Source: Oscillospiraceae bacterium (GTDB lineage Bacteria > Bacillota > Clostridia > Oscillospirales > Ruminococcaceae). Taken from it: a DNA stretch of 64,000 bases. A program made the translations under genes and the position numbers. Shown piece by piece: positions 48,097 to 57,215 of the stretch (within the stretch, counting starts at the first letter, position 1; the number at the start of each line of letters is the position of its first letter). The notes beneath the pieces are model-generated. The model saw only the letters and a program-made list of their open reading frames with translations. It made no database searches and was not told the origin of the DNA. The stretch lies in assembly GCA_048204295.1 (NCBI GenBank), contig DBFBLF010000014.1, positions 6,172 through 70,171 on the forward strand. Reading direction: 5' to 3'.

Positions 48097-50187
48097 TTAC
48101 TTAATCAGTGAGAACGAAATAACAAGGCTTGCGAATACGATAGAAACCATCGAGAGCAGCTTGATCAGGATGTTGATAGACGGGCCGGAGGTGTCTTTGA
48201 ACGGGTCACCGACCGTATCACCGACGACGGCGGCCTTGTGCGCGTCGCTGCCTTTGCCGCCATGCGCGCCGCCTTCAATATACTTTTTGGCATTATCCCA
48301 GGCGCCGCCCGAGTTCGCCATCATGACTGCCAGAATAAATCCACAGACGGTGGCGCCTGCCAGCATGCCCGCAACACCGTTGACGCCGAGGATCAGCCCA
48401 ACAACAATTGGGGCTACAACGGCCAGAATCGCCGGCAGAATCATTTCTTTCTGGGCGGATTTGGTGCAGATATCAACGCAGCTTGCATAATCCGGTTCCG
48501 CGTTTCCATCCATCAACCCGGTGATTTCACGGAACTGCCGCCTAACTTCCACCACAATGCTCTGCGCAGCTCTTCCAACCGCGTCCATGGTGAGGGAGGC
48601 AAAAAGGAAAGGAAGCATACCGCCGACAAAAAGTCCCACCAAGACGGACGGGTTGGTAATGCTTAAATCAAAGTTGAAGTCGGGGGCAAGAATTTTAACC
48701 TCCGCAATATAGGAGGCGATCAGGGCCAGAGCCGTCAGGGCCGCGGAGCCGATTGCGAAGCCTTTGCCGGTCGCAGCCGTGGTATTTCCAAGAGAATCGA
48801 GTGCGTCAGTCCGTTCCCTGACTTCCTCGCCAAGGTGGGCCATTTCTGCAATACCGCCCGCGTTATCGGCAACAGGGCCGTATGCGTCGGTCGCCAGCGT
48901 GATGCCGAGGGTGGAGAGCATGCCGACCGCCGAAAGGCCGATTCCGTAAAGGCCCATGTTAAAGTCGGCCGCGCCGCCGGAGATATAGTAGCTGACAAGG
49001 ACTGAAACGCCTACAATAATAACAGGAAGCGCCGTGGAAAGCATACCAAGGGAAATCCCTCCGATAATAATGGTCGCCGGACCGGTTAAAGAGGTTTTTG
49101 CAAGTTTCCTGGTGGGCTTATAGGAATCGGAGGTGAAATATTCGGTGAAGAAGCCGATTAGGATTCCGGCGAGTAAGCCGGATATGACGGCGCCGTAAAG
49201 GCCGATTCTATCGGAGCCCAGGAAAAAGTAAATAATCGGGAACGCGGCCCCCGCCACCAGGATAGCGCTGATCCAGGTACCGCGCCGAAGGGCGGTAAGA
49301 AGGTTTTTCTGGGAGGCGCCTTCTTTGGTACGTACGAAGAAGGTGCCGATGATGGAAGCCAGAATCCCGATTGCGGCCATGACCATTGGAATGGTAACGC
49401 CGCTGAAGCCAAGCCCGGCCGCAACGGCAAGCGCGCCGGTGGAAATAATGGAACCGACATAGGACTCATACAGGTCGGCGCCCATACCGGCAACGTCGCC
49501 TACGTTATCTCCTACGTTGTCGGCGATTACCGCAGGGTTGCGCGGATCGTCTTCCGGGATACCGGCCTCGACCTTTCCAACAAGGTCTGCGCCAACGTCA
49601 GCCGCTTTGGTGAAGATACCGCCGCCGACACGTGCGAAGAGCGCCATGGAAGAAGCGCCCATACCGAAGGTGAGCATGGCGGAGGTAATCGACTGAATCT
49701 GTTCTGCCTCCGGCAAGCCGGAAAAAACAGCTTTCAGCAGGAAATACCAAATTGAAATGTCGAGCAGGCCAAGGCCGACAACGACAAACCCCATGACAGC
49801 GCCGGAAGAAAAGGAGATGCGCAGGCCGGAGTTGAGGCTGTTCTGCGCGGCGTGCGCCGTGCGCGCGTTCGCAGCGGTGGCGATCTTCATCCCGATAAAA
49901 CCGGAGAGGCCGGAGAAGAAGCCGCCGGTCAGAAAGGCAAACGGTACGAAGATGGTCAGGTAGCCGAGAAGCGCCAGTACCAACAGGATAATAAACATTA
50001 CGGCAAAAAAGATAATAACGCCGGTGTACTGCCGTTTCAGGTAGGCGTTTGCGCCTTTGCGGACCGCAAGTGAAATTTTTTTCATCAGGTCGTTGCCTTC
50101 AGGGGCACGTTTTACCTTCAAGGCGAGGTACAGTGCAAAAAGCAGCGCAACCACCGACCCGATAGGTGCCAGGATTGTATAGTCCAT
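48097..50187 (-). CDS. hppA: membrane-integral pyrophosphate-energised cation pump (K+-dependent type)
   Basis: 696 aa, about 16 TM, with GNTTAATGKGFAIGSAAL. The Ala after GNTT is the established marker of K+-dependent M-PPases. Confidence 0.95.
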   Translation of the reverse strand: MDYTILAPIGSVVALLFALYLALKVKRAPEGNDLMKKISLAVRKGANAYLKRQYTGVIIFFAVMFIILLVLALLGYLTIFVPFAFLTGGFFSGLSGFIGMKIATAANARTAHAAQNSLNSGLRISFSSGAVMGFVVVGLGLLDISIWYFLLKAVFSGLPEAEQIQSITSAMLTFGMGASSMALFARVGGGIFTKAADVGADLVGKVEAGIPEDDPRNPAVIADNVGDNVGDVAGMGADLYESYVGSIISTGALAVAAGLGFSGVTIPMVMAAIGILASIIGTFFVRTKEGASQKNLLTALRRGTWISAILVAGAAFPIIYFFLGSDRIGLYGAVISGLLAGILIGFFTEYFTSDSYKPTRKLAKTSLTGPATIIIGGISLGMLSTALPVIIVGVSVLVSYYISGGAADFNMGLYGIGLSAVGMLSTLGITLATDAYGPVADNAGGIAEMAHLGEEVRERTDALDSLGNTTAATGKGFAIGSAALTALALIASYIAEVKILAPDFNFDLSITNPSVLVGLFVGGMLPFLFASLTMDAVGRAAQSIVVEVRRQFREITGLMDGNAEPDYASCVDICTKSAQKEMILPAILAVVAPIVVGLILGVNGVAGMLAGATVCGFILAVMMANSGGAWDNAKKYIEGGAHGGKGSDAHKAAVVGDTVGDPFKDTSGPSINILIKLLSMVSIVFASLVISFSLIK

Positions 50188-50217
50188 AAGGGTTTCCTCC
50201 TTGATTATTTTAGCTCA

Positions 50218-50246
50218 ATTATAACACTGTGAAATGGGGGTTGCAA
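50218..50246 (-). promoter_or_regulatory. candidate hppA promoter (TTGCAA-17 nt-TGtTATAAT)
   Basis: The reverse complement reads ttgcaacccccatttcacagtgttataat, 30 nt upstream of the hppA SD. Confidence 0.55.
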
Positions 50247-50319
50247 TCACTGATATTTATCTTTTTCAGAGATTGTAGGGTCATCCAGTTTTATCCGGTA
50301 AAAATCAAACAGATTGCAT

Positions 50320-50358
50320 AAAAAGCCGCCTGTCTTCAAAAAAACAGGCGGCTTTTTT
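50320..50358 (-). terminator. intrinsic terminator ending the minus-strand sensory operon
   Basis: aaaaagccgcctgt / loop / acaggcggctttttt, 5 nt past the PHP gene stop. Confidence 0.8.
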
Positions 50359-50362
50359 CTTC

Positions 50363-51052
50363 TTATTTCGACCTAAGCCTTTCTAAAACAGCGCGGGCGC
50401 TTTTTTCATAGAGATCAAGAAACCGGACCGGCTCCGCAATGTCCTCAAGGTAGTGCGCGTCGGAATCGGTAATCCTATGTCCGCCGAACTCCACCGAGGC
50501 TTCCGGATTTTTGACCTCAATGCAGGTAAATCCGTATTCCGGCGGAATATATCCGAGATTTGCCAGAATGGAATAGGACGTTTTATCGACGTGGGCGGGA
50601 ACGGCGAGGCCGCGGTGCCTTTTCACCGTTTCCAGCAATCCGTCAAGGCCAAGATCAAGGGCGTTGATAAGCAGCTTGTCGACTGTGCCGACCGGTTTGT
50701 CATTTTGATCCATAATGACCTGCTCTCCAAAAATATCTGGCCGGTTGATCACCGGCGGCAGGTGCCCGTAAAACTCCTCCGAGCAGGCCAGCGCATCCTC
50801 CAGCGTCTCAAACAGGCAGAGAACGTGAACTTCCTCGGCGCTGTTTGCTTCAATTGCAGGGACGACCGTCAGCCCCGTTCCCTTTGCGGCCGCAAAAACG
50901 GCGGGGAGGTTCAGGGCGGAGTTGTGGTCGCTGACTGCGATGAGGTCTAGACCCAGGAGGGAGGCCATGTTTACAATGTTATTCGGCGTCATATCCATAT
51001 CTCCGCAAGGGGAAAGGCAGGAGTGGATGTGAAGGTCGTAAGAATATTTCAT
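50363..51052 (-). CDS. PHP (polymerase/histidinol phosphatase) domain phosphoesterase
   Basis: 229 aa (YDLHIHSCLSPCGD...AVSDHNS...VPAHV...DSDAH metal-ligand pattern). Confidence 0.8.
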   Translation of the reverse strand: MKYSYDLHIHSCLSPCGDMDMTPNNIVNMASLLGLDLIAVSDHNSALNLPAVFAAAKGTGLTVVPAIEANSAEEVHVLCLFETLEDALACSEEFYGHLPPVINRPDIFGEQVIMDQNDKPVGTVDKLLINALDLGLDGLLETVKRHRGLAVPAHVDKTSYSILANLGYIPPEYGFTCIEVKNPEASVEFGGHRITDSDAHYLEDIAEPVRFLDLYEKSARAVLERLRSK

Positions 51053-51384
51053 GGCTGAAGCAGGTTGTGGATGGCGAAGCCGAGTTCAAAAGTGGGAAGG
51101 CTGCTTTGAAGCAGGCAGACGCCCTGCTCTTCCGCTTTTTTAACCATATCCTCGTCAGCGGCGTACCCCTCTGAAATGATGACGCAGCTCACGTCGGACA
51201 AAACCGCGACTGCAATGGTGTTGATGTTGCACATCACCGTAATCCATGCGGCACCGGATTTTGCCTTCCCCATGACGATGCTCAGCAGGTCGCAGCAGAA
51301 AACGCCGTCTACCGTACGTTCGTCTCCATCCCCTCTGCTGATAATTTTTAAATCTAAAGCTTCCGCAAGCTGAAGTGGTGTCAT
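51049..51384 (-). CDS. DRTGG-domain protein (paralogue 2)
   Basis: 111 aa. The internal ATG avoids overlap with the upstream gene. Same architecture as the 53251-53595 product. Confidence 0.65.
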   Translation of the reverse strand: MTPLQLAEALDLKIISRGDGDERTVDGVFCCDLLSIVMGKAKSGAAWITVMCNINTIAVAVLSDVSCVIISEGYAADEDMVKKAEEQGVCLLQSSLPTFELGFAIHNLLQP

Positions 51385-51424
51385 ATTGGGCTTTCCCTTT
51401 CGTATATAATAATAATGTCCAAGC

Positions 51425-52744
51425 TTACCGGGACGTGTCTTCATCCTCCCCGGTTCTGAACGGCGGCGGGATGGAAGCTTCAATCCTGTGGATATCTCGG
51501 ATCAGGCTCTCAATACTTTCTTTGTATTTGAAGATGCAGTCGTCCGGGCTGGCCGCGCCGCGGACAACGTCCTCGGCAAGGGCACGGCAGGACGGGGCAC
51601 CGCAGGAACCGCAGTCAAGCCCCGGAAGATCCGCCTCGATGGCCTCCAGTTCGTTCATCTTTTCAAGGGCCTTGTGCATATCGGTATCCAGGGTGAGGAC
51701 CGGCGCGTATTCCAGGTTTGAATCCCAGACAGCCTCTTTCGGAACGTGGTCGATGTGGTTCATGGAGACCGGCATATACTTGACAATGTGTTTGAGTTTT
51801 GCCTTGGCGATATATGGGTTTTCCACCGTGAGGACGCCGCCGACGCAGCCGCCGCTGCAGGCGTTGAGTTCAATAAATTCAAGGTTGTTTAGCCGCTCAT
51901 CTTCCAGATCATCCAGCACCCGGATGACGTTTTCGATTCCGTCGGCAGCCAGGTAGCTGTCATTGAGGAGGCCAGCGGCCTCACCGGAACTCGTACCCCA
52001 CGCAACCCCGATTTTGCCGCTCTGCACCAGAGAGTCCTGTTTAGAGTCCGGCAGGTGCATTAAGGGGAGAAGTTTTGGGTAGATGTCGTTAATTGAAACA
52101 ACGGCGGACACTTCGCTTTTCTCGGTTCCAAGCGGCATTTTAGAGGCGGTCACCTTGGCGGCGCAGGGGGAGATAAAAATCGCCCCGATCCGTTCCATTG
52201 GTATGCCGGTCTTTTTGTGCGCTTCTTCCTTTGAAAGCCGGGCAGCGAGCTCCACCGGCGCGTTCAGGGGTAGGACGTGCTCAATCAGATTGGGAAAACG
52301 CACACGGATCAACCTTGTAACAGCCGGGCAGGCCGAACTGATGACCGGCCTCTTCAGGTTGCCTTCCCGCATCATTTTACGGGTAGCAGCCGATACGAGC
52401 TCGGCGGCTTTTGCAACCTCGTAGACTTCGTCAAAGCCGAAGTCAATCAGCGCGCGCAGGAGGATGTCGATGTCGTCCATATTGTTAAACTGCCCGTAGA
52501 GAGCGGGAGCGGGCAGGGCAATGGCGTATTCGTACTGGCCTACCACGTCGAGCGGGTCGCAGGTCGCCTTTTTTGCATGGTGCGGGCAGACGCGGATGCA
52601 TTCACCGCAGTCAATGCACCGCTCCGGGATGATAAAAGCTTTCTTATTCCGCACCCGGATCGCTTCAGTAGGGCAGCGCTTAATGCAGTTGATGCAGCCC
52701 TTGCACTTTTCTTTATCTAATGTAACTGAATGGAAAAATTCCAC
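51425..52744 (-). CDS. [FeFe]-hydrogenase-like H-domain protein, HydS-type putative sensor lacking a PAS domain
   Basis: 439 aa. Two ferredoxin CX2CX2CX3CP motifs. H-cluster motifs SSACP, SPCAAK and ELNACSGGCVGG. C-terminal CX2CX4CX16C. Confidence 0.8.
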   Translation of the reverse strand: MEFFHSVTLDKEKCKGCINCIKRCPTEAIRVRNKKAFIIPERCIDCGECIRVCPHHAKKATCDPLDVVGQYEYAIALPAPALYGQFNNMDDIDILLRALIDFGFDEVYEVAKAAELVSAATRKMMREGNLKRPVISSACPAVTRLIRVRFPNLIEHVLPLNAPVELAARLSKEEAHKKTGIPMERIGAIFISPCAAKVTASKMPLGTEKSEVSAVVSINDIYPKLLPLMHLPDSKQDSLVQSGKIGVAWGTSSGEAAGLLNDSYLAADGIENVIRVLDDLEDERLNNLEFIELNACSGGCVGGVLTVENPYIAKAKLKHIVKYMPVSMNHIDHVPKEAVWDSNLEYAPVLTLDTDMHKALEKMNELEAIEADLPGLDCGSCGAPSCRALAEDVVRGAASPDDCIFKYKESIESLIRDIHRIEASIPPPFRTGEDEDTSR

Positions 52745-52820
52745 TGGAATAACACCCCTCTCGTTGAATGGTGGTGATGGAAATCAAGGTGTTTGTTGGC
52801 CGCTGGCTGAAATTGAAACC

Positions 52821-53246
52821 TCAGCTGAGGTTGACCTTCATGGTGACGGTTGTGCCGACGTTGACAGTGGACTCAATCTTCATTTCGTCGCTGTATTTTT
52901 TCATATTGGAAAGCCCCATCCCGGCGCCAAACCCCAGGGAACGCACCTCTTCAGGGGCGGTGGAATAACCTTCCTTCATTGCGAGCTCAATATCCGCAAT
53001 TCCCTTGCCGGTGTCTTTGAGCACCATCGTAATCTGGTCGGGAGCGATGTCTACGTCGATTACCCCGCCGTTTGCGTGGATGACCATGTTAATTTCGCCT
53101 TCATATAAAACGATGGCGACCCGCCGAATAGCGTCCGGCGAAACGCCGACCTGCCGCAGCGTTTTCTTCACATTCGCAGAGGCTTCCCCGGCCCGCGTAA
53201 AGTCATCCCCGTCTATAAGATAGTGGAGGTGAAATGTGTCGTTCAT
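52821..53246 (-). CDS. GHKL ATPase, anti-sigma-factor/serine-kinase (RsbW/SpoIIAB)-like
   Basis: 141 aa (EGEINMVIHANGG, DTGKGI, GFGAGMGLSNM ATP-lid pattern). Confidence 0.75.
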   Translation of the reverse strand: MNDTFHLHYLIDGDDFTRAGEASANVKKTLRQVGVSPDAIRRVAIVLYEGEINMVIHANGGVIDVDIAPDQITMVLKDTGKGIADIELAMKEGYSTAPEEVRSLGFGAGMGLSNMKKYSDEMKIESTVNVGTTVTMKVNLS

Positions 53247-53250
53247 GGGA

Positions 53251-53595
53251 TCAGTTGCCCCCTCTCAGGCCGTTTTCCCAAAGTTTTCCGCAAGAGGTAA
53301 ACATCCGGTAACCGGTACTCATCAGGGTGATTTCCCGCTCCTTCGCAAGCTCAATCATCGACTCGTCCGGCATTTTTCCACGCACAAAGATAATGCAGTG
53401 CATATCCATCATATCAGCTGTGCGTACGACCTGCGGGTTGACTAAACCTGTGAGCAGGCAGGACTGGTCCTTGACAAAGGCGAGAACGTCGCTCATCATG
53501 TCGGAGCCGCAGGCGGTGTTGATTTCGGCATCCAAGCGGTCTTCACAGCAGATAACCTTGCACTCGAGGATGTTTTTAATGTCTCCTATCGTCAT
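53251..53595 (-). CDS. DRTGG-domain protein (paralogue 1)
   Basis: 114 aa. First gene of the minus-strand unit. Confidence 0.65.
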   Translation of the reverse strand: MTIGDIKNILECKVICCEDRLDAEINTACGSDMMSDVLAFVKDQSCLLTGLVNPQVVRTADMMDMHCIIFVRGKMPDESMIELAKEREITLMSTGYRMFTSCGKLWENGLRGGN

Positions 53596-53824
53596 AATTC
53601 CGCTCCATTCTCCGGCTGCTGTTTTCTGCCGGACTGTTTTAAAACTTTGTTCCGGGAATCATTTCCCGGATTAATTACACCTATATTATAGCATTTGTGC
53701 GGAGAAATTCAACGGAATTATTGAATATGAACAAGTCGCAAATTTATTCACGATTTTAACAAAAAATTTACAAGTTATTTTACGACATTATCTTCCATTT
53801 TTTATAGCTTTTGTGAAATCTACA

Positions 53825-53833
53825 TGATATAAT
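53825..53833 (+). promoter_or_regulatory. extended -10 element (TGaTATAAT) upstream of hydC
   Basis: catgatataat about 105 nt before the hydC ATG. No good -35 at 17 nt. Confidence 0.4.
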
Positions 53834-53937
53834 AAACAGTAACTGCGAACCGCTTATCAAATGTTACAAAAGGGCGGTTCTAGGGGGTTGGAACGGACTA
53901 TGTCCGCCAGCCGCAATTTTATGAGGAGGGCTATTTT

Positions 53938-54435
53938 ATGGCTAAAGCAAGCAGTACATTGCCGTTTGGCGGGACACCTGAGCAGGAAGCGCAACTCAAG
54001 CAGTACATTGAGGAGCACAAGGATCAGGGCGGCGCGTTGATGCCGGTATTGCAGAAAGCGCAGGAAATTTACGGCTATCTGCCGGTGGAAGTTCAGCAGA
54101 TGGTTTCCGACGGTTTGGGCGTGTCAATGTCTGAAATCTACGGCGTTGTAACATTCTATTCTCAATTTTCACTTGCCCCCAAAGGAAAGTACAAAATTTC
54201 TGTGTGTCTGGGTACGGCCTGTTACGTTAAAGGTTCCGGGGATGTTTTTAACCGCCTTTCCGAGCGTTTGGGCATTACCAACGGCGAGTGCACACCGGAT
54301 GGAAGGTTTTCCCTTGAGGCCTGCCGCTGCATCGGAGCCTGCGGTCTCGCGCCTGTTCTGACCGTCAACGACGACGTTTACGGCCGTCTGGTTGTAGACG
54401 ACGTTGACGACATTCTGGCCAAGTACGCGGAATAA
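53938..54435 (+). CDS. hydC: NuoE-like [2Fe-2S] subunit of NAD(P)-linked [FeFe] hydrogenase
   Basis: 165 aa (ALMPVLQKAQEIYGYLP, CLGTACYVKG, CRCIGACGLAPV). Confidence 0.9.
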   Translation: MAKASSTLPFGGTPEQEAQLKQYIEEHKDQGGALMPVLQKAQEIYGYLPVEVQQMVSDGLGVSMSEIYGVVTFYSQFSLAPKGKYKISVCLGTACYVKGSGDVFNRLSERLGITNGECTPDGRFSLEACRCIGACGLAPVLTVNDDVYGRLVVDDVDDILAKYAE

Positions 54436-54440
54436 CCGCC

Positions 54441-54983
54441 ATGCAGGAACTGTCGTTGAATATCCTCGATATTGCGCAGAATTCCGTTCGGGCAGGCGCG
54501 TCTCTAGTTGAGATTTCCGTTGTCAAAAATACGGCGGGAAAACGGCTTGTCATCACGCTTGAAGACAACGGCTGCGGAATGAGCGAGGAACAGGTGAAAA
54601 AGGTAGTCGATCCTTTTTTCACCACAAGGACCACCCGTAAAATCGGGCTGGGAATTCCGTTTTTTAAAATGACGGCGGAAATGACCGGCGGCAGCTTTTA
54701 CATCCAGTCCACCCCTGGGGTGGGTACCAAGGTAGCGGCCGAGTATTGCTACGAGCATCTCGACATGCTTCCCCTTGGCGACGTCCCCTCAACGATCATC
54801 ACATTGATTTCCGGGAGTCCCGAAATTGACTTTGTCTACCGTTATGAGGTAGACGGGCGCTCATTTGTTTTGGACACCCGTGAGGTCAGGAAAATGCTGG
54901 AAGGCGTGGATATTGCCTCCAATGAAATTTTAACCTTTCTGCGCCAGATGATGGAGGAGAATATAGGGGAGATTGACCTTTAA
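54441..54983 (+). CDS. GHKL (HATPase_c) ATP-binding protein embedded in the hydrogenase operon
   Basis: 180 aa (LNILDIAQNSVRAGA, EDNGCGM, GLGIPFFK). No transmitter or DHp domain is visible. Confidence 0.75.
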   Translation: MQELSLNILDIAQNSVRAGASLVEISVVKNTAGKRLVITLEDNGCGMSEEQVKKVVDPFFTTRTTRKIGLGIPFFKMTAEMTGGSFYIQSTPGVGTKVAAEYCYEHLDMLPLGDVPSTIITLISGSPEIDFVYRYEVDGRSFVLDTREVRKMLEGVDIASNEILTFLRQMMEENIGEIDL

Positions 54984-55029
54984 GAACAGCAAAAATACAA
55001 ACTAATAATTGTTAAGGTGGTGCGCATTC

Positions 55030-55398
55030 ATGAAAAGTTTAGCAGAATTACAGGCCATTCGCGACCGTGTAAAAAACAATGTTGTCGTCCGTGAAAACAA
55101 CGACATTGACTACCGCATCGTCGTAGGCATGGCAACCTGCGGGATTGCCGCAGGCGCCCGTCCGGTTCTCAACGCTTGCTCAGAAGAAGTTGCGAAGAGG
55201 AATCTCCACAACGTTATGGTAACCCAGACCGGCTGCATCGGCATCTGTAAGTTCGAGCCGGTTGTAGAAGTCTTCGAAGCGGACGGAACCAAAACGACTT
55301 ATGTCAAAATGACCGCGGAAAAAATTGTCAGAGTTATCAACGACCACATTGTAAACGGTAATGTCGTTACCGAATATACAATTGGCGCAAACGCATAA
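55030..55398 (+). CDS. thioredoxin-like [2Fe-2S] ferredoxin domain protein
   Basis: 122 aa (VGMATCGIAAGA...QTGCIGICKFEP). ATG 55030 follows AAGGTGG. Confidence 0.8.
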   Translation: MKSLAELQAIRDRVKNNVVVRENNDIDYRIVVGMATCGIAAGARPVLNACSEEVAKRNLHNVMVTQTGCIGICKFEPVVEVFEADGTKTTYVKMTAEKIVRVINDHIVNGNVVTEYTIGANA

Positions 55399-55411
55399 GG
55401 AGGATTATTCA

Positions 55412-57199
<1,788 letters not shown>

Positions 57200-57215
57200 G
57201 GGGAGAAGTACCGAG

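Noticed and set aside
52817-52832. 16-nt perfect palindrome AACCTCAGCTGAGGTT at the stop codon of the RsbW-like GHKL gene.
   Set aside because: It is short, contains a PvuII-type CAGCTG core, and lies mostly within coding sequence. It could be a weak intra-operon hairpin, but there is no T-run and no second copy, so it is most likely chance.
53744-53817. Rex operator upstream of hydC.
   Set aside because: It does not hold up as a confident feature. The best candidate has a degenerate left half-site and 5-nt spacing, and TTGTGAA at 53811 has no partner half-site. It is kept only as a low-weight note inside a finding.
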